From the NCBI GenBank assembly GCA_035279305.1, contig DATEIA010000041.1, positions 6,082 through 70,081 on the forward strand: a DNA stretch of 64,000 bases. The letters are read 5' to 3'. Positions within the stretch are counted from its first letter, which is position 1. Each line of letters begins with the position of its first letter. The notes under the pieces were generated by a model that saw only the letters and a program-made list of their open reading frames with translations, had not been told where the DNA came from and did no database searches. This document shows, piece by piece, positions 26,883-39,868 of this stretch. The translations under genes were made by a program, and so were the position numbers. The stretch comes from Rhizomicrobium sp. GTDB taxonomy: Bacteria > Pseudomonadota > Alphaproteobacteria > Micropepsales > Micropepsaceae.

Positions 26883-29800
26883 ATGTCGTCAATTTCACTG
26901 ACCCAGACACAGTTTCTGCAATTGCGCGCGGTTCAGCAAGGCAATCCAAACAATCCCGCCGCAATCTGGGCCGTACTTTCAAGTTTTGGCGATCAGTATG
27001 CAGTGGCCGCCTTTACCGGAATAACAAATCCGCAGTCGTTGTATGGCACGGTTATTCAGGCTTCCAATGCCGTTGCCAATCCGTTTATGACGGATAGCCA
27101 GACTGCGGCTATAAAAAACAGAGTTGCTGCGGGATATGTCAACATCATTGCTCAGAACTTGCAGAACAATAATTTGTATCCCGATGGAACGATCCGGTTA
27201 CCCACCACCACGCAGATCGAGCAAAATTATGCCGATTCTGTAACCGCAGAAAACCAGCCGATAACGTCGCCTATCGATTTGTCGATCGCCAGATTGGCGC
27301 TAGCCGGCAACAATGGGGGAGACAATTGGTACAAGGAGTTCAACGGATTTGGTTTGAATCTGGACCCAGCCCGATGGGGAGGGCCATCGAATGCAGTCTC
27401 CAACATCTCCTACTTGGATGCGTACGAGCACCTAAAAGGAACGATGGTGCTCACGGGGCTTTTAGCTGCTTATAATAATACACTCGCCACGACGCCGCTG
27501 AATTTGGGTGAGGATACGCGTCTGGCCGTTCTGCGGACACTTCAGGGATTGAAGAAGGATAGCCATCTTCAAGTGCCTCAGTCCCGGCTGGCGTCCTCGG
27601 CGCAGAATTCTCAGTCGATTCGGTATAAGACCGATACCGGCATTGTCCAATTGTTCTTTTCGCAAATACCTTCGGACGCCATCCCTGCAGATGGTGTCGA
27701 GAGCATCACCGTCACCGCTAATAGGGATCCCGCACCGACATGGTTGGAGCGGCAAATTAATGCACTGACCGGCGAGGTGACGTTCCATGGTGGCTTTCTT
27801 TCAGAAATTGGCTCAGGTGTACGGGGAGCCGATTTGTCATTCGCGCAGTTCGGTCAGTTATTTGGCTCAAATCTTGCCAAGTTCGTATCATCTGACGATC
27901 CTTGGGAATCCCTTGCGATTGGAACTGTCCTTGGGACCATTGGGTTAAATATTGGGCAGGCGATAGATCTTGGGCAAACAGAGGGCACACGTCAGGCTTT
28001 CTCTGATGCGTTCAGCGATATTGATGTTGATATCCGGTCTGCTGGTGCTGCAGCTGTAAGTTCTTATTTGTTTGCCCAATTCGTTGATGCCATCGGCATT
28101 CATGGTGTTTTTGGGCAGGCGATCGACACGGTGGGCGGCGCGGTCATCGGTCAGATCGCTTCAAATATCGCTACGGGGGCGGCAACGTTCTCCAATGTAA
28201 CGTGGGGCCTCGTCGGTAACGCAGCTGGCGCATTTCTCGGTTCCTTTCTGGCATCCCAGATCATTCATTTTGATACGGTGGAAGGTCAGATTGGCGCATC
28301 TTTCGGCTCTGCTTTGGGCAGCATAGCCATGATAGCGTGGGTCGGGGGGCCGGTTGCGGCATTCGTTGGAGCATTCGTTGGCTATATCCTGGGCGGCCTG
28401 ATTGGCTCGCTGTTCGGCGGCGCCACGCCGAAATCGTCCACAAGCCTGTTCTGGGATGGCAACCAGTTTAAGACTGGAATGGCCTGGTCTTCACACAGTT
28501 CAAAGGAGACTGCCAATGCGCTTGCTTCCAGCGTGGCGCAGATTCTCAATGGCGTCATGGACGCGAGCGGTTCCAACCTCGCCGACCCATGGGCTCTCCA
28601 CGCCGGGGCTTATGGCATGGAAGGTAGCGACTATGTCTACTGGGTCATGGGCGACCAAGGAAACCGCGACAAAGTCGGCGCAAGATTCAAGAACGCTAAT
28701 GATCTGATCAATACCGGCGCTTATATCGCGCTAAATGACATGATTTCCCGCATGGTTGGCGGCGATATCTATATCAAGCGCGCTATTGCCGGCACCTTGG
28801 CGGCTGCCGGTGGTAATGTCGCCAGTTTCAGCAAGGGCCAATTTGCCGTCGAAACCCTGAACGGCAATATCTCTGTCGCCAAGGATTATGAAAGCTACCT
28901 TTCCAATTCCGGGATGATAGACGCTCTTATCGCGGCCGAGCCCAATAGCACTTTCACGGCCGGTTGGCTGGCGACGTTAGCGCAGGTCTTTGCCCTGGGG
29001 CTTGACAAGCGCGCCTCCAGCGACTGGGCCGGTGGGTGGAACGCCTTTATGGATGAGTCCAGGGGCGGCAAGATCGATGGCGACGCGTTTACGCCAGGAA
29101 ATCTTATAATGCAATTGGACTCTGCCAATGGAGATCGCGTTTTCAACTTTGTTGACAGCAATCTGAATTTCTTGGGGAACTTCGGCGATACCATAAACGC
29201 GGCCGACAAAACCCAAATCACCGCCACCTCTGGCAACGATTCCATCACCGTCAGCGGCGACGCGATTTCCAATACGACTGGGCTGACCATCGATGGCGTG
29301 GCCGCCAATGGTTTCGCCAAGAAGATCGATATTGCCGCCGTGATCGATGCCGGTGCCGGAGACGACACGGTGCTTGCCGGCGATCTGGGCAACGATGTGC
29401 TGGGCGGTGCGGGCAATGACACGCTGGTCGGCGGCAAGCTGGATGACTGGCTGCTGGGCGATGATGGCAATGACCGGCTGTTTGCGGGCGCGGTCTCAAC
29501 CACAAGTTTCACCGACGGCGATACCACCTCCATCAATGCCGCGCTGGCAGTGGATGGCGGCAATGGCAACTACTTGGAAGGCGGCGCGGGCGACGACCGT
29601 CTCTATGGCGGCACAGGCTCGGATTGGCTGTCTGGCGGCGCTGGTAATGACGTGGAGTATGGCGGCGATGGCGGCGACATTCTGGCAGGTGGCGCCGGCA
29701 CCGATGACCTCCAGGGCGGGCTGGGTACGGACCAGTATCTCTTTTCCTTCGGCGACGGCGCCGACGTGGTTTTCGATGCCGGCGTTGGCGAAGTTGCGGG

Positions 29801-32800
29801 AATTGGGGGCCTCAAAGTTTCGGACCGCCTCTCCGCCATATTAGCCGGCAGCTTGCAGAAAGATTGGGCGGGTACGGGAAACTATACTGCCAACGGCAAT
29901 ATTGTGGGGGGCGTCGACGCCATCACTTTTGGCCCCGGCATATCCATGATCAATCTCGAGATGGCGCGCTCCGGCAATGACATGGTCATCAAGCTGGGCA
30001 CCTGGGATGCGGGTTTCGACACCTTCACGCTGACCGGCGACCAGTTGACCGTGAAGGACTGGTTCACCGACAGCCGCACCATCGAATGGTTCCGCTTTGC
30101 CGACAGCGAAGAAATCCGCATGTCGGACCTGGGCTCGGTGGTGCGGGGCACGTCCGGGAGCAACTATATTGTCGGTACCGATGCCACCGATTTTCTGTAT
30201 GGCCTTGGGGGGGCTGACAGTATCCGCTCGCTCGGCGGCAGTGATTTTGCTTATGGCGGCTCGGGCGACGATTTCATAACCGGCGACGGCGGCGACGATC
30301 TTGTTGTCGGCGGCAGCGGCGATGACCGCGTCCAGGGCAATGCCGGGCAAGACACCCTGACCGGCGACAATGGCGACGACAATGTCTATGGCGGCGCAGG
30401 AGATGATATTGTCTCCGGCGGCAAGGGTAATGACTTCCTGGCGGGCGGCGCCGGCAACGACATCTTCAAATACAGCCGTGGCGACGGCACGGACACCCTC
30501 ATCGATGAATATGTCGACAGCTGGGAGACGGTCTGGACGGGTGCCGGCGGCTATCAGAACGGCTATACGCTGAATGCCTCCGACGGAACAGTCACGAAGT
30601 CAGGCGTCACCTATTTCGATGACGGCTGGATCGGCTATTACACCTATGACGCCGATACGCAGGTCCTGAAACGGTTTACCGGATCGATAGCAGGGGCCGT
30701 TTCCCAAAATTCGGGCAACGATATCATCGAGTTCGCCACCGGGATCGATATCCAGGATCTCGAATTTCAGATCGTCAATGGCGATCTTGTCATGGGGATC
30801 ATGCCCGATGGCGACAGCGGCATCGCCTTCGCGGATCTCGCGGACAAGATTGTGTTGCGGAATTCTACATCCACAGCACGCAACATCGAAAATTTTGCCT
30901 TCACCGCGACCGGGGTTCATAATCTTTCCGGCTGGACGATCAATGGCGGCACTGAGAGTGCTGATACGCTGACGGGCGGTTCAGGGACCGACTGGCTTAC
31001 CGGGCTTGGAGGTGACGATACCATTGATGGTGGTGCGGGCAATGACATCCTGGCCGGCGATCAAGGCCGCGACGTATTACTCGGTGGCGCAGGCGATGAC
31101 GTCCTCTATGGCGGATCTGAGGACGACACGCTAATCGGCGGCAATGGGGCAGACCAACTGATCGGGGGCGCTGGGCAGGATACTGCTTCTTATGAGTCTT
31201 CTGCAATCGCGATACGCGCGGCGCTGGGTAATATTGCCGCAAATAGCGGTGACGCCAGCGGTGACGTTTATACCAGCATCGAAAGTCTTCGAGGTTCTTC
31301 CTATAACGATAACCTGATTGGTGATGATAACGAAAATAGCCTTACAGGCGGGGCTGGGAACGACCTTCTTCGCGGTGGCTTGGGGGACGACAGCTATTTC
31401 TATTCGCGGGGCGATGGCAGCGATGTCATCAACGAGGTTGGGATTTCGGGAACCGAGGAGATCATATCCTCCGCCAACACACTGAACACGGCTCGCTACA
31501 CTGCTCATTGGGAATATATCGGGCAGACCACTACCCTCGGGCAGGGAAAGTTCCAGAACTATACTTGGGATGCCTATCGGTTGACCATTACCGACAATGC
31601 TTCTGGCCAGATGGTCTATCATTCGCGCGATAATGTCGATTTTCTCTATGGTGTGACTCCGGCTCATAGTGTCGCTATGCCTCCACCCACGGGCTGGCCG
31701 GTTTCCAACGGGCAATGGCTGGTTGATGCGGTGCGAACTTCAGTATCCGGAGATATCCGTACAGTACGAACCTTGGACGGTTCAGGTGGTGGCAATGATC
31801 GTTTGATTCTGAATGGTCTTTCTTTGTCCGACATCTCCCCTACCCAGAGCGGAAACGATCTGCTTCTGCAGGTGGTCGGTGGTGGTCAAATCACCGTCCG
31901 CAACCAGCCGAATGTTGCCACGGCGATTGAGAAACTGGTGTTCGGAGACGGGCTGACCGCCTCTCTGGCCAATCTGCGGCTATCGGCTGGGGCGGCCACG
32001 AATGGTGACGATCTCTATTTTGGCACGAGCGGTTCAGAGACATTCGGTGGTTTGTCGGGCGACGATATTATTTCGACGGGCCTGGGAGATGATAGTCTCT
32101 CAGGGGGAGACGGCGACGACGTACTTGAGGGTGGCGGTGGCGCTGACACGCTGGACGGAGGCTCGGATAGCGAGACGCTGGGCCTGGCACCTGATCCTGC
32201 CAATATGACCAAGCCCTATGGCGACACCATCCGCTATGTGGGTTCGACTGCTGCGGTTTCGGTTGATCTCACAGTATCGACCGCCCAGTCGGGCGGCGAG
32301 GCGGCTGGCGACACACTTGTCTTTGCCGGAGGTGTCTCCACCATTGAAAATGTCACGGGTTCGGACGGCTATGGCGACACGCTGTATGGCGACAGCCGGG
32401 GTAATCGTCTCTTTGGGCTGGGTGGCAATGACACATTGACCGGGCGCGCAGGCGAAGACGTTCTGGTCGGCGGCGACGGCAACGACATACTGGATGGCGG
32501 CGACGGCGATGACAACATCTCTGGCGGCGATGGCAACGACCAGCTTACCGGCGGAAACGACAAGGATCTGCTCAGCGGCGATGCCGGCGACGATACGCTC
32601 AATGCCGGGTCTGGTGACGATATTCTCAGTGGCGGCGACGGCACCGATACACTCAATGCGGGCGACGGCAACGACCAGCTCGGCGGTGGCGCGGGCAACG
32701 ATACGCTCAATGGTGACAATGGCGACGATGCGCTGTCGGGCGGCGACGGCAATGATGCGCTGTATGGCGGCGCCGGCAATGACATTCTCTCCGGCGATGC

Positions 32801-35800
32801 CGGTGACGATATCGTCCAGGGCGGCCTTGGGGACGACAGTTATGTGTTCAGCCGGTCAGCCGGAAGCGATACGCTGACAGACACGGACGGCAAAAACATT
32901 ATTGCCATCACGGACGCTTCCCACGACCAGATATGGCTCGGCCAGAGCGGCAATGACCTGATCGTCAGCATCATTGGCAGTACAGCCAGCATTCGTGTGG
33001 CCGGCTACTTTGCGGCGTCCACGCCATCCCGCGTCTTCAGTATCGCCACGACCGACCAAACTTTGTTCTTGAATTATGCCGGTCCGCTGTTGACCGCGAT
33101 GGGGGCGATTTCCGTCACCGCGCCATCTGCCATGCCGCAGAACATCACTGACATGCTGGCGACCTATTGGGATGTGGGCTCCAAGGCCGCGCCGCGGGTT
33201 ATAGACCAATCCAAAACCGGCGATGAGGATGTCGTCATTTCGGGGTCGGTGGGCGCCGTGGATCATGATGACAATATCACGTCCTATGCCCAGGCTTCCG
33301 GGCCGTCCCACGGCACTTTGAATCTCAATACGACCACGGGCGCATGGAGCTACACGCCGGCCGCCAACTATAACGGCGCCGATAGTTTTGCCATTCGGGT
33401 CACGGATGCCGATCAGCAATCCGTCACCCAGACGGTTAGCATCACGCTGATCCCGGTTCCGGATCCACCGGATGTTCCGATAATAACTTCGGCCGTCTCC
33501 AGTGTCGCGGAACGCGACCGTCCAGATCCTGCGGCGCCGGTTCCTGCGGCGGTCAAATTGGGCATTCTTTCCGGAACCGACCCCGATCTTACGCCTGCCG
33601 AGGCGCTGCAGCAGCTTGCCTACAGTGTTACGGATTCGCGATTCGAGATCCGCAGCGGCAATGAACTTTGGCTCAAAGCCGGGGTGATGTCGTCGATCGA
33701 TTTTGAAGCGAGTCAGACCCTGTCTGTCACCGTGACCGTCAAGGATAATTTCGGAAGCGCCGGTTTCCTCAGCAACACCCAGACGTTCAATTTTGCGATT
33801 TCCGATCAGACCGATTATTTCATCGGTGGAGCCGCCAACGACACGCTGACAGGTACCGTCGGCCCGGACTATATCGCGGGCAATGGCGGCAATGACAATC
33901 TCACCGGCCTTAGCGGCGACGACACCATCTTTGGCGGTTCTGCCGATGACATCCTCAATGGTGGCGACGGCAATGACTATCTCCAGGGCGATACGGGTTA
34001 TGACCAGTTGCTGGGAGGCAATGGCAACGACACCCTGCTCGGCGGCGATGAAGACGATAGCCTGGATGGCGGCGCAGGAAACGACACGCTGCTCGGCGGC
34101 GATGGAATTGATAGCCTTGACGGCGGTGCAGGAAACGACACGCTCAATGGCGGTCTGGGCAATGACACGCTGATTGGCGGCGCCGGGGCCGATGCGATCG
34201 ATGGTGGCGCGGGCACGGACACGCTTACCTATGCCACGGCTGGGGCTGGCGTGACCATAAATTTGGCCACCGGAACGGGTACCGGAGGAGATGCGCAAGG
34301 CGATACCATCACAGGCATCGAGCGGGTGATCGGTTCGAGTTATGCCGACACCTTCACCGGCACCACGGCCTCGGAGTATTTCGACGGCGCCGGCGGCAAC
34401 GATACCATTTCCGGCGGCGGTGGGGTTGATAACCTCATCGGTGGCGCAGGCGATGATCTCATAACCGGCGGTGATGGCGTCGACACCCTTGATGGCGGCG
34501 ACGGCAACGATCATCTGATCGGCGGTTTCGGCTCTGACTTCCTATACGGCGGCAACGGCAACGACTGGCTGGACGCCCAGGAAGACGGGGATCTGCTGGT
34601 CGGCGGCGCCGGAGACGACATTCTGGATGGTGGCGTCGGGTCCGATTCCTATGTGCTGGATATTAATTCCGGCATCGACACGATCATGGACTATGATCCG
34701 ACCGGCGCCGACACGGACCAAGTTCATTATGCCGATCCCAGCATTGATCCTTCCCAGCTTTGGTTCGAGCGTGTCAGCGGCACCAATGATTTGAAGGTTT
34801 CCATCATCGGGTCGAACTCCTCCGCTACAGTCAAGGATTGGTTTTTGCCCTCCAGTCCCGGCAACCATATGATTGAAGTATGGATAACAACCACGCAGCA
34901 CACGGCAGACGCGACCGGTCTCGCCACCCTCAATGCATCACAAGCCAAGCCTGCCGACCTTGCCGCGCTGCAAACACTGATGTCTGACCCAACCTATGCC
35001 AGCAGTCATGCCGCGCTTTGGGACCCGAATAATGCGCCGGTCGTCGCCACCATCGCCAACAAAACGGTCAATGAGGATACGCGAGCGGATATTACGATCT
35101 CGGCGTCCGATGACACGACGACGGATGTGCACCAACTCGCCTATACTCTCAAGGCGTTTAAGGACGCGGCTCATACGATAACCGATACGAGTTTCATACC
35201 CGCGGGACAGTTGTCGCATCCGGCGGTTACTGTGTCGGCCGATGGCCAGCAGACCTTGTCGATCACGCCGGCCGCCAACATCAGCGGAACCGTCTATCTT
35301 GTGCTGGAGGTAAGGGATCTGACGCTCAATATGAGCTCGCAGTCCTTCATGCTGAACGTGACGCCGGTGGCCGACATGCCCACCCTGGACATCAGCCAAA
35401 CCGTGCAGCAGGCCGGCAATAAAGTCTATGGGACTTTGACCAACAATTCGATCTCTTTGGATCGGTTCGTTGATGCCGCTCTCACGGATAGTTCAGAAAG
35501 TTTGAGCATTCAGATCTCCGGTTTGCAGACCCTGACCCTCAACCACGGCACCAATCTGGGCGCGGGTGCTTGGAGGATGACCGCGGCCGACCTGATCGGC
35601 CTGCAGATAAATCGCTACGACAACTGGTCAGCGGATTTGCCCCTGACAATAACCGCCACGTCAACGGAAAGCGACGGCAGCACAGCGACGACTGCACCCA
35701 AATTTGTCACTGTCGTCGTCAATGCCCCGCCGACCGGCATAACCGGTACTCTGAGCGTCAACGAAAACACTGCCAGCAATAACTCCCCCAACGGTACTAA

Positions 35801-38687
35801 TGTTGGCACCCTCACCGGCATTGATCCCGACGCCGGGGACACGAAGACTTATTCTATTATATCCAGCCCATCTACCGTTCCCGATGGTCTATTCACCATT
35901 AACAATACGACCGGCCAGGTCACTGTATCGAACTCTGGCATTCTCAACTACGAACAACTTCGCTACCAGTATGGATCGGTAGCGATCAAGGTTCGCGTTC
36001 AAGACCAAAGCGGGCTTTACACGGACTTTAATGTTCCTGTCACCGTCAACGACATGAACGAAGCGCCCTCACTATCCTTTGCCTGGACAGACCCGGTAAA
36101 TGAAAATACCGCGCCAGGGGCCCTTGTCGCGCGTGTCACCGCCACTGACCTCGATATCTATAATTCTTCCTATAGCAATTTCTCCTATAGCTTGACGGGA
36201 GCAAATGCGGGACTGTTTACGATCGTAAAAGATCCGACCGATTCAGCGACGGCCCGCATATATACCAATGCCTCGTTCGACTATGAGGCTATTCCCAGCC
36301 ATCAGCTTAGTGTCACCGCGGCAGTATCCGACGGCGCCCTTTCCGCCCAAGCAAGCTCGAATGTTCCCATCGGCAACGTGAACGAGGCGCCGATTAATCT
36401 CTCAATCAACAGTCGGTTGCCGACGGGATGGGATATTCCGGAGAACGCAGGCGGTCCTGGATACCAGATCGGTCAGGCCACAGCCACCGATCCGGACGCG
36501 TCCAATTCTCTTACCTATTCTTTTGTCGCATCGGATGGCAGCACCAGCCAAGTTTCCGGTCCGTTCGCGATCGCTTTAAATGGCGATATCTATATTCACG
36601 ACGTGCTCGATTATGAATCTCAGGCTCATAGCTATCCCCTGCGTGTTCGTGTAACGGATCAGAGTAATGCTTTTACAGATGCCCTGCAAACGATCAATGT
36701 CACCAACGTAAATGAGGCGCCGGAATTTGACGCGTGGTTGAGTAGGACATGGGAAGAGGGCTACTTCGGGGAGGGCTCCGACTTTTATAGATTCACCCTC
36801 TCCATCACGGTCAATGATCCGGATTGGGGTGATTCCGTTACGGTATTGGAACGTGGATGGCCCTTACCGCGCGAACCGTACTTCGGCACCTATTATATAG
36901 TATGGGACTGGTACTATCATACTTCTCAGGGACGCACTGAGGTCTTTGAGCTCACTGCGATTGATAGTGGTAGTGCCTCTGTGAGTCACACATATACGCT
37001 GACGACTACCAGTGACTTTTGGTACAATATTTACATTACGCCGGTCATTCTGGATTTCGACGGAAACGGTGTTGATCTTGTTTCCGTGAACAACTCCACT
37101 GCATGGTTCGATGCCGACGACGATGGTTATCGCGATCACATGGGCTGGGTGGGCCCTAATGACGGTATTCTGGCGCTGGATGTTGACGGCGACGGACTGA
37201 TCGGCAAGGGCGAAGAAATCCGCTTCTCTTCTTATGTTGACGGCGCGGTGTCCGATCTGGAAGGTTTGCGAGCGTTCGATACCAATGGCAACGGTATTCT
37301 GGAGGCCGGGGACGCGCAGTTCAGCGATTTCCGCGTCTGGCAGGACATCAACCAGGACGGCATCAGCCAAGTAAGCGAACTGACAAGCCTCTCACAAAGG
37401 TCGATAGCTGGCATCAACTTGACGTTGAAGCTTACAGGCGCCTCTTTGGGCAATCAGACGGACAATGTTCTGTACAGCACAAGCGAATTTTTGCGTGACG
37501 ATGGTTCCATCGGCACGGTGGGGGACGTGTCGCTTTCCTACCAGCGCAATGCCATGACTTTGTCTGTCGACGGCGTCGCACAGCAAGAGCTGCATCTTCC
37601 ACCTCCAGGCCAGTTGGCCCCCGTTGTTCTGGATCTGGACGGCAACGGCGTAACCCTTAAGTCGCGGGTCACGTCCAACGTCATGTTCGATGCCGATAGC
37701 GACGGCGTGACGGAACGGACCGGTTGGGTTGGACCGACGGACGGTCTTTTGGTACTGGACCGCAATGGCGACGGCGTCATCAATGATGGCAGCGAAATCT
37801 CCTTCAAAGATGACGTAGCCGGCGCAGTCTCAGACCTCGAAGGGCTCAATGCCTACGATACCAACCAGAACGGCTTGTTCGATGTGGGAGATGAGCGTTT
37901 TGCGGAGTTCCAGGTCTGGCGGGATGCCAACCAAGACGGCGTCAGTACTCCTGATGAGCTAAAGTCACTGAGTGACTATGACATCCAGGCCATTGGCCTC
38001 ACCCGCAGCATGACCGGACAGTCCATCGAGGGCGCGACTGACAACGTGCTGTATGCGACCGCCGATGTCTTTCATACAGATGGCAGCATCTCCATGGCGG
38101 GTGACGTTTTCCTGTCCTATGACGGAGCTGAGAAAGATCGCCGGTCTGATGGCGACGCGTTGCCGACCTTTGCGCCCATTTCGCCGAAGCAGAAGTCTGC
38201 CAAGCGCAATAGCCCAGAGGCGCCTGACCTCAATTTCTCGCACTCCAGGAAGGGGGGACGTTCAGAGCCATTGGCCTCGTCGAACCTACATGGCAAGCGG
38301 GGAGGCGATTCCTTGGATCCTGTCGCGTCCGCCAAGCCACAGACCGATATGCGCCAGTATGACGATGTGAAACGCAATTTCCGCTCCCTGACCCAAAATG
38401 CTTATTCGTCCTTGTCGAAAAACGCCCTCAACCCGCGCGGTGGTTCTGATCCCTGGAGCACGAGCTTGGCGGCCAGCCACGGTATTGGTTCCGTCTCGCC
38501 GGTCGATGTGAGCATGGCTCTGCTGGACCAGCAGACGCTTCAGATGGTGGCGGCCATGTCCGCATTCAGTGCGGGGGACGGCGGCATGCCGGAGGCCATG
38601 GAATTGGCTCAGCGTCATAAGGATGGTACGGAGTTCTTGACCGCGGTGCCGAAGGTTGATTTTCGCGAAGGGCCGCGCATCGCGTAA
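26883..38687 (+). CDS. giant RTX protein (3934 aa): FrpC-like N-domain, Gly-rich hydrophobic segment, RTX Ca-binding blocks, cadherin/Ig-like repeats, two SPM-like domains, T1SS signal
   Basis: Dozens of GGxGxDxLx nonapeptides, DYE/D.D/NEAP cadherin motifs, P(V/L).LD.DGNG...GWVGP.DG.L.LD..GDG.I..G.E modules, C-terminal QMVAAMSAF. Confidence 0.93.
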   Translation: MSSISLTQTQFLQLRAVQQGNPNNPAAIWAVLSSFGDQYAVAAFTGITNPQSLYGTVIQASNAVANPFMTDSQTAAIKNRVAAGYVNIIAQNLQNNNLYPDGTIRLPTTTQIEQNYADSVTAENQPITSPIDLSIARLALAGNNGGDNWYKEFNGFGLNLDPARWGGPSNAVSNISYLDAYEHLKGTMVLTGLLAAYNNTLATTPLNLGEDTRLAVLRTLQGLKKDSHLQVPQSRLASSAQNSQSIRYKTDTGIVQLFFSQIPSDAIPADGVESITVTANRDPAPTWLERQINALTGEVTFHGGFLSEIGSGVRGADLSFAQFGQLFGSNLAKFVSSDDPWESLAIGTVLGTIGLNIGQAIDLGQTEGTRQAFSDAFSDIDVDIRSAGAAAVSSYLFAQFVDAIGIHGVFGQAIDTVGGAVIGQIASNIATGAATFSNVTWGLVGNAAGAFLGSFLASQIIHFDTVEGQIGASFGSALGSIAMIAWVGGPVAAFVGAFVGYILGGLIGSLFGGATPKSSTSLFWDGNQFKTGMAWSSHSSKETANALASSVAQILNGVMDASGSNLADPWALHAGAYGMEGSDYVYWVMGDQGNRDKVGARFKNANDLINTGAYIALNDMISRMVGGDIYIKRAIAGTLAAAGGNVASFSKGQFAVETLNGNISVAKDYESYLSNSGMIDALIAAEPNSTFTAGWLATLAQVFALGLDKRASSDWAGGWNAFMDESRGGKIDGDAFTPGNLIMQLDSANGDRVFNFVDSNLNFLGNFGDTINAADKTQITATSGNDSITVSGDAISNTTGLTIDGVAANGFAKKIDIAAVIDAGAGDDTVLAGDLGNDVLGGAGNDTLVGGKLDDWLLGDDGNDRLFAGAVSTTSFTDGDTTSINAALAVDGGNGNYLEGGAGDDRLYGGTGSDWLSGGAGNDVEYGGDGGDILAGGAGTDDLQGGLGTDQYLFSFGDGADVVFDAGVGEVAGIGGLKVSDRLSAILAGSLQKDWAGTGNYTANGNIVGGVDAITFGPGISMINLEMARSGNDMVIKLGTWDAGFDTFTLTGDQLTVKDWFTDSRTIEWFRFADSEEIRMSDLGSVVRGTSGSNYIVGTDATDFLYGLGGADSIRSLGGSDFAYGGSGDDFITGDGGDDLVVGGSGDDRVQGNAGQDTLTGDNGDDNVYGGAGDDIVSGGKGNDFLAGGAGNDIFKYSRGDGTDTLIDEYVDSWETVWTGAGGYQNGYTLNASDGTVTKSGVTYFDDGWIGYYTYDADTQVLKRFTGSIAGAVSQNSGNDIIEFATGIDIQDLEFQIVNGDLVMGIMPDGDSGIAFADLADKIVLRNSTSTARNIENFAFTATGVHNLSGWTINGGTESADTLTGGSGTDWLTGLGGDDTIDGGAGNDILAGDQGRDVLLGGAGDDVLYGGSEDDTLIGGNGADQLIGGAGQDTASYESSAIAIRAALGNIAANSGDASGDVYTSIESLRGSSYNDNLIGDDNENSLTGGAGNDLLRGGLGDDSYFYSRGDGSDVINEVGISGTEEIISSANTLNTARYTAHWEYIGQTTTLGQGKFQNYTWDAYRLTITDNASGQMVYHSRDNVDFLYGVTPAHSVAMPPPTGWPVSNGQWLVDAVRTSVSGDIRTVRTLDGSGGGNDRLILNGLSLSDISPTQSGNDLLLQVVGGGQITVRNQPNVATAIEKLVFGDGLTASLANLRLSAGAATNGDDLYFGTSGSETFGGLSGDDIISTGLGDDSLSGGDGDDVLEGGGGADTLDGGSDSETLGLAPDPANMTKPYGDTIRYVGSTAAVSVDLTVSTAQSGGEAAGDTLVFAGGVSTIENVTGSDGYGDTLYGDSRGNRLFGLGGNDTLTGRAGEDVLVGGDGNDILDGGDGDDNISGGDGNDQLTGGNDKDLLSGDAGDDTLNAGSGDDILSGGDGTDTLNAGDGNDQLGGGAGNDTLNGDNGDDALSGGDGNDALYGGAGNDILSGDAGDDIVQGGLGDDSYVFSRSAGSDTLTDTDGKNIIAITDASHDQIWLGQSGNDLIVSIIGSTASIRVAGYFAASTPSRVFSIATTDQTLFLNYAGPLLTAMGAISVTAPSAMPQNITDMLATYWDVGSKAAPRVIDQSKTGDEDVVISGSVGAVDHDDNITSYAQASGPSHGTLNLNTTTGAWSYTPAANYNGADSFAIRVTDADQQSVTQTVSITLIPVPDPPDVPIITSAVSSVAERDRPDPAAPVPAAVKLGILSGTDPDLTPAEALQQLAYSVTDSRFEIRSGNELWLKAGVMSSIDFEASQTLSVTVTVKDNFGSAGFLSNTQTFNFAISDQTDYFIGGAANDTLTGTVGPDYIAGNGGNDNLTGLSGDDTIFGGSADDILNGGDGNDYLQGDTGYDQLLGGNGNDTLLGGDEDDSLDGGAGNDTLLGGDGIDSLDGGAGNDTLNGGLGNDTLIGGAGADAIDGGAGTDTLTYATAGAGVTINLATGTGTGGDAQGDTITGIERVIGSSYADTFTGTTASEYFDGAGGNDTISGGGGVDNLIGGAGDDLITGGDGVDTLDGGDGNDHLIGGFGSDFLYGGNGNDWLDAQEDGDLLVGGAGDDILDGGVGSDSYVLDINSGIDTIMDYDPTGADTDQVHYADPSIDPSQLWFERVSGTNDLKVSIIGSNSSATVKDWFLPSSPGNHMIEVWITTTQHTADATGLATLNASQAKPADLAALQTLMSDPTYASSHAALWDPNNAPVVATIANKTVNEDTRADITISASDDTTTDVHQLAYTLKAFKDAAHTITDTSFIPAGQLSHPAVTVSADGQQTLSITPAANISGTVYLVLEVRDLTLNMSSQSFMLNVTPVADMPTLDISQTVQQAGNKVYGTLTNNSISLDRFVDAALTDSSESLSIQISGLQTLTLNHGTNLGAGAWRMTAADLIGLQINRYDNWSADLPLTITATSTESDGSTATTAPKFVTVVVNAPPTGITGTLSVNENTASNNSPNGTNVGTLTGIDPDAGDTKTYSIISSPSTVPDGLFTINNTTGQVTVSNSGILNYEQLRYQYGSVAIKVRVQDQSGLYTDFNVPVTVNDMNEAPSLSFAWTDPVNENTAPGALVARVTATDLDIYNSSYSNFSYSLTGANAGLFTIVKDPTDSATARIYTNASFDYEAIPSHQLSVTAAVSDGALSAQASSNVPIGNVNEAPINLSINSRLPTGWDIPENAGGPGYQIGQATATDPDASNSLTYSFVASDGSTSQVSGPFAIALNGDIYIHDVLDYESQAHSYPLRVRVTDQSNAFTDALQTINVTNVNEAPEFDAWLSRTWEEGYFGEGSDFYRFTLSITVNDPDWGDSVTVLERGWPLPREPYFGTYYIVWDWYYHTSQGRTEVFELTAIDSGSASVSHTYTLTTTSDFWYNIYITPVILDFDGNGVDLVSVNNSTAWFDADDDGYRDHMGWVGPNDGILALDVDGDGLIGKGEEIRFSSYVDGAVSDLEGLRAFDTNGNGILEAGDAQFSDFRVWQDINQDGISQVSELTSLSQRSIAGINLTLKLTGASLGNQTDNVLYSTSEFLRDDGSIGTVGDVSLSYQRNAMTLSVDGVAQQELHLPPPGQLAPVVLDLDGNGVTLKSRVTSNVMFDADSDGVTERTGWVGPTDGLLVLDRNGDGVINDGSEISFKDDVAGAVSDLEGLNAYDTNQNGLFDVGDERFAEFQVWRDANQDGVSTPDELKSLSDYDIQAIGLTRSMTGQSIEGATDNVLYATADVFHTDGSISMAGDVFLSYDGAEKDRRSDGDALPTFAPISPKQKSAKRNSPEAPDLNFSHSRKGGRSEPLASSNLHGKRGGDSLDPVASAKPQTDMRQYDDVKRNFRSLTQNAYSSLSKNALNPRGGSDPWSTSLAASHGIGSVSPVDVSMALLDQQTLQMVAAMSAFSAGDGGMPEAMELAQRHKDGTEFLTAVPKVDFREGPRIA

Positions 38688-38705
38688 GGTACGTCTGGAT
38701 AGAAT

Positions 38706-39218
38706 ATGACAGATAAAACAAAGACTTATGGCGAAGCCTTTGGCGAAATCGTCTGGCTGTTATCCCAGTCGAAAATCCATCGGGAAATAAAGATCAAGGA
38801 TCTGGAATGGTCTTTCATGCCGGCGGTCATGCATGAGCAGTTCCGGGTCTTCCGCTTTGGTCCACTCCCGGGCGTTGAGCCATCACAACTCGCAACCCAG
38901 GGCCAGAACATAAAGATGATCGAGCAAATGCCGTTGGGCGTCGCGATTTGGGCAAAGCTATCGCAGGAAGCTGAGGCAAAGCTTGAGCGCGGGGAGCATC
39001 TGTCGCCCAACGAGTGGAAATCGGGAGACCGCGTCTGGCTGGTGGAGCTGGTCTCACCCTATGCCACGCCAGAGAACAAACTTCAGGAAGCGATGCTCAT
39101 CGATCTTGTTTCCGGGCCATTCAAAAATGTGCCGTTCTCCTTGCACCGAACCGATCCAACAACCGGCAAGCGGGAAAAGATCACGATGGACGGCCATCTG
39201 CAGCAGTCCGCTCATTAG
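38706..39218 (+). CDS. RTX toxin-activating lysine acyltransferase (HlyC/CyaC/RtxC family)
   Basis: GEIVWLLSQSKIHR, PA..H.QFR.F, P.GVA.WA.LS...E, EWKSGDRVWLVELVSPY. Confidence 0.9.
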   Translation: MTDKTKTYGEAFGEIVWLLSQSKIHREIKIKDLEWSFMPAVMHEQFRVFRFGPLPGVEPSQLATQGQNIKMIEQMPLGVAIWAKLSQEAEAKLERGEHLSPNEWKSGDRVWLVELVSPYATPENKLQEAMLIDLVSGPFKNVPFSLHRTDPTTGKREKITMDGHLQQSAH

Positions 39219-39391
39219 GTCGCGCAGGAGAGTCCAAAATGCGATCCTCTCGGCGGTACAGCTGTAAAGGGCTAGCGGTCCGGCAGAAGGGCGCCGGGCC
39301 AGGGACGGTCACTGCCCCGATGCCGAATTGAACAATTTTGTGCAGGTATGTGCTTACGGCAGCGTAAGATACTGTTGCAATGGTTTGGCGA

Positions 39392-39868
39392 CTAACTCGT
39401 GAAATATTTCCGGGAAATTGGATCATTGAGAAGCGGATCCGCCGTGATCTGCGTCCGGGCAGAGGGGCTGAGGCCGAACTCCGCGGCCAGGCGCTGCATG
39501 GCCGTATTGGCAACGCCGACCATCGGGTTCTGAATCAAGTTTCCCTGTTTCGTCCGGATGACAGCGGCATGGGTGCTGGCGTCGGTTTGGGCCATCCGCT
39601 CCAAGTCCTCTTCGGCATGCTGCCAGCGCGAATACGCCAGGCAGTAGGCCGCCAGCATGGTCTGGTCGATCTCAGCCAAGGTGCCGATGGAATAGAGAGT
39701 CTGGGCAACGCGGGTCCATTCTGCCTGGGCGTAGGCGTTTAGGTAGTCTGGGCAGGATGGCATCCTCAGCGGTGGCTCGGGCTCGGACTGGGGCAGGGCG
39801 CGCTTACCCTTGTTCCCCTCCAGCACTCTGAGCGCCGTCGGTTTCGGTCGTGGTCCTCTCGTGCCCAT
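39392..39868 (-). CDS. phage terminase small subunit, P27 family
   Basis: MGTRGPRPKPTALRVLEGNKGKR, P.YL...A..EW, LAAYC, QNP.V, EFGLSPSAR. Confidence 0.9.
   Translation of the reverse strand: MGTRGPRPKPTALRVLEGNKGKRALPQSEPEPPLRMPSCPDYLNAYAQAEWTRVAQTLYSIGTLAEIDQTMLAAYCLAYSRWQHAEEDLERMAQTDASTHAAVIRTKQGNLIQNPMVGVANTAMQRLAAEFGLSPSARTQITADPLLNDPISRKYFTS

Noticed and set aside
32856-34514. 552-aa minus-strand ORF and other Ser/Pro-rich ORFs inside the RTX gene
   Set aside because: Antisense translations of GGxGxD repeats
33450-35030. Asp-Pro bonds (VPDPPD, LWDPNN) as autoprocessing sites
   Set aside because: Not followed by the SPM motif; likely ordinary linkers
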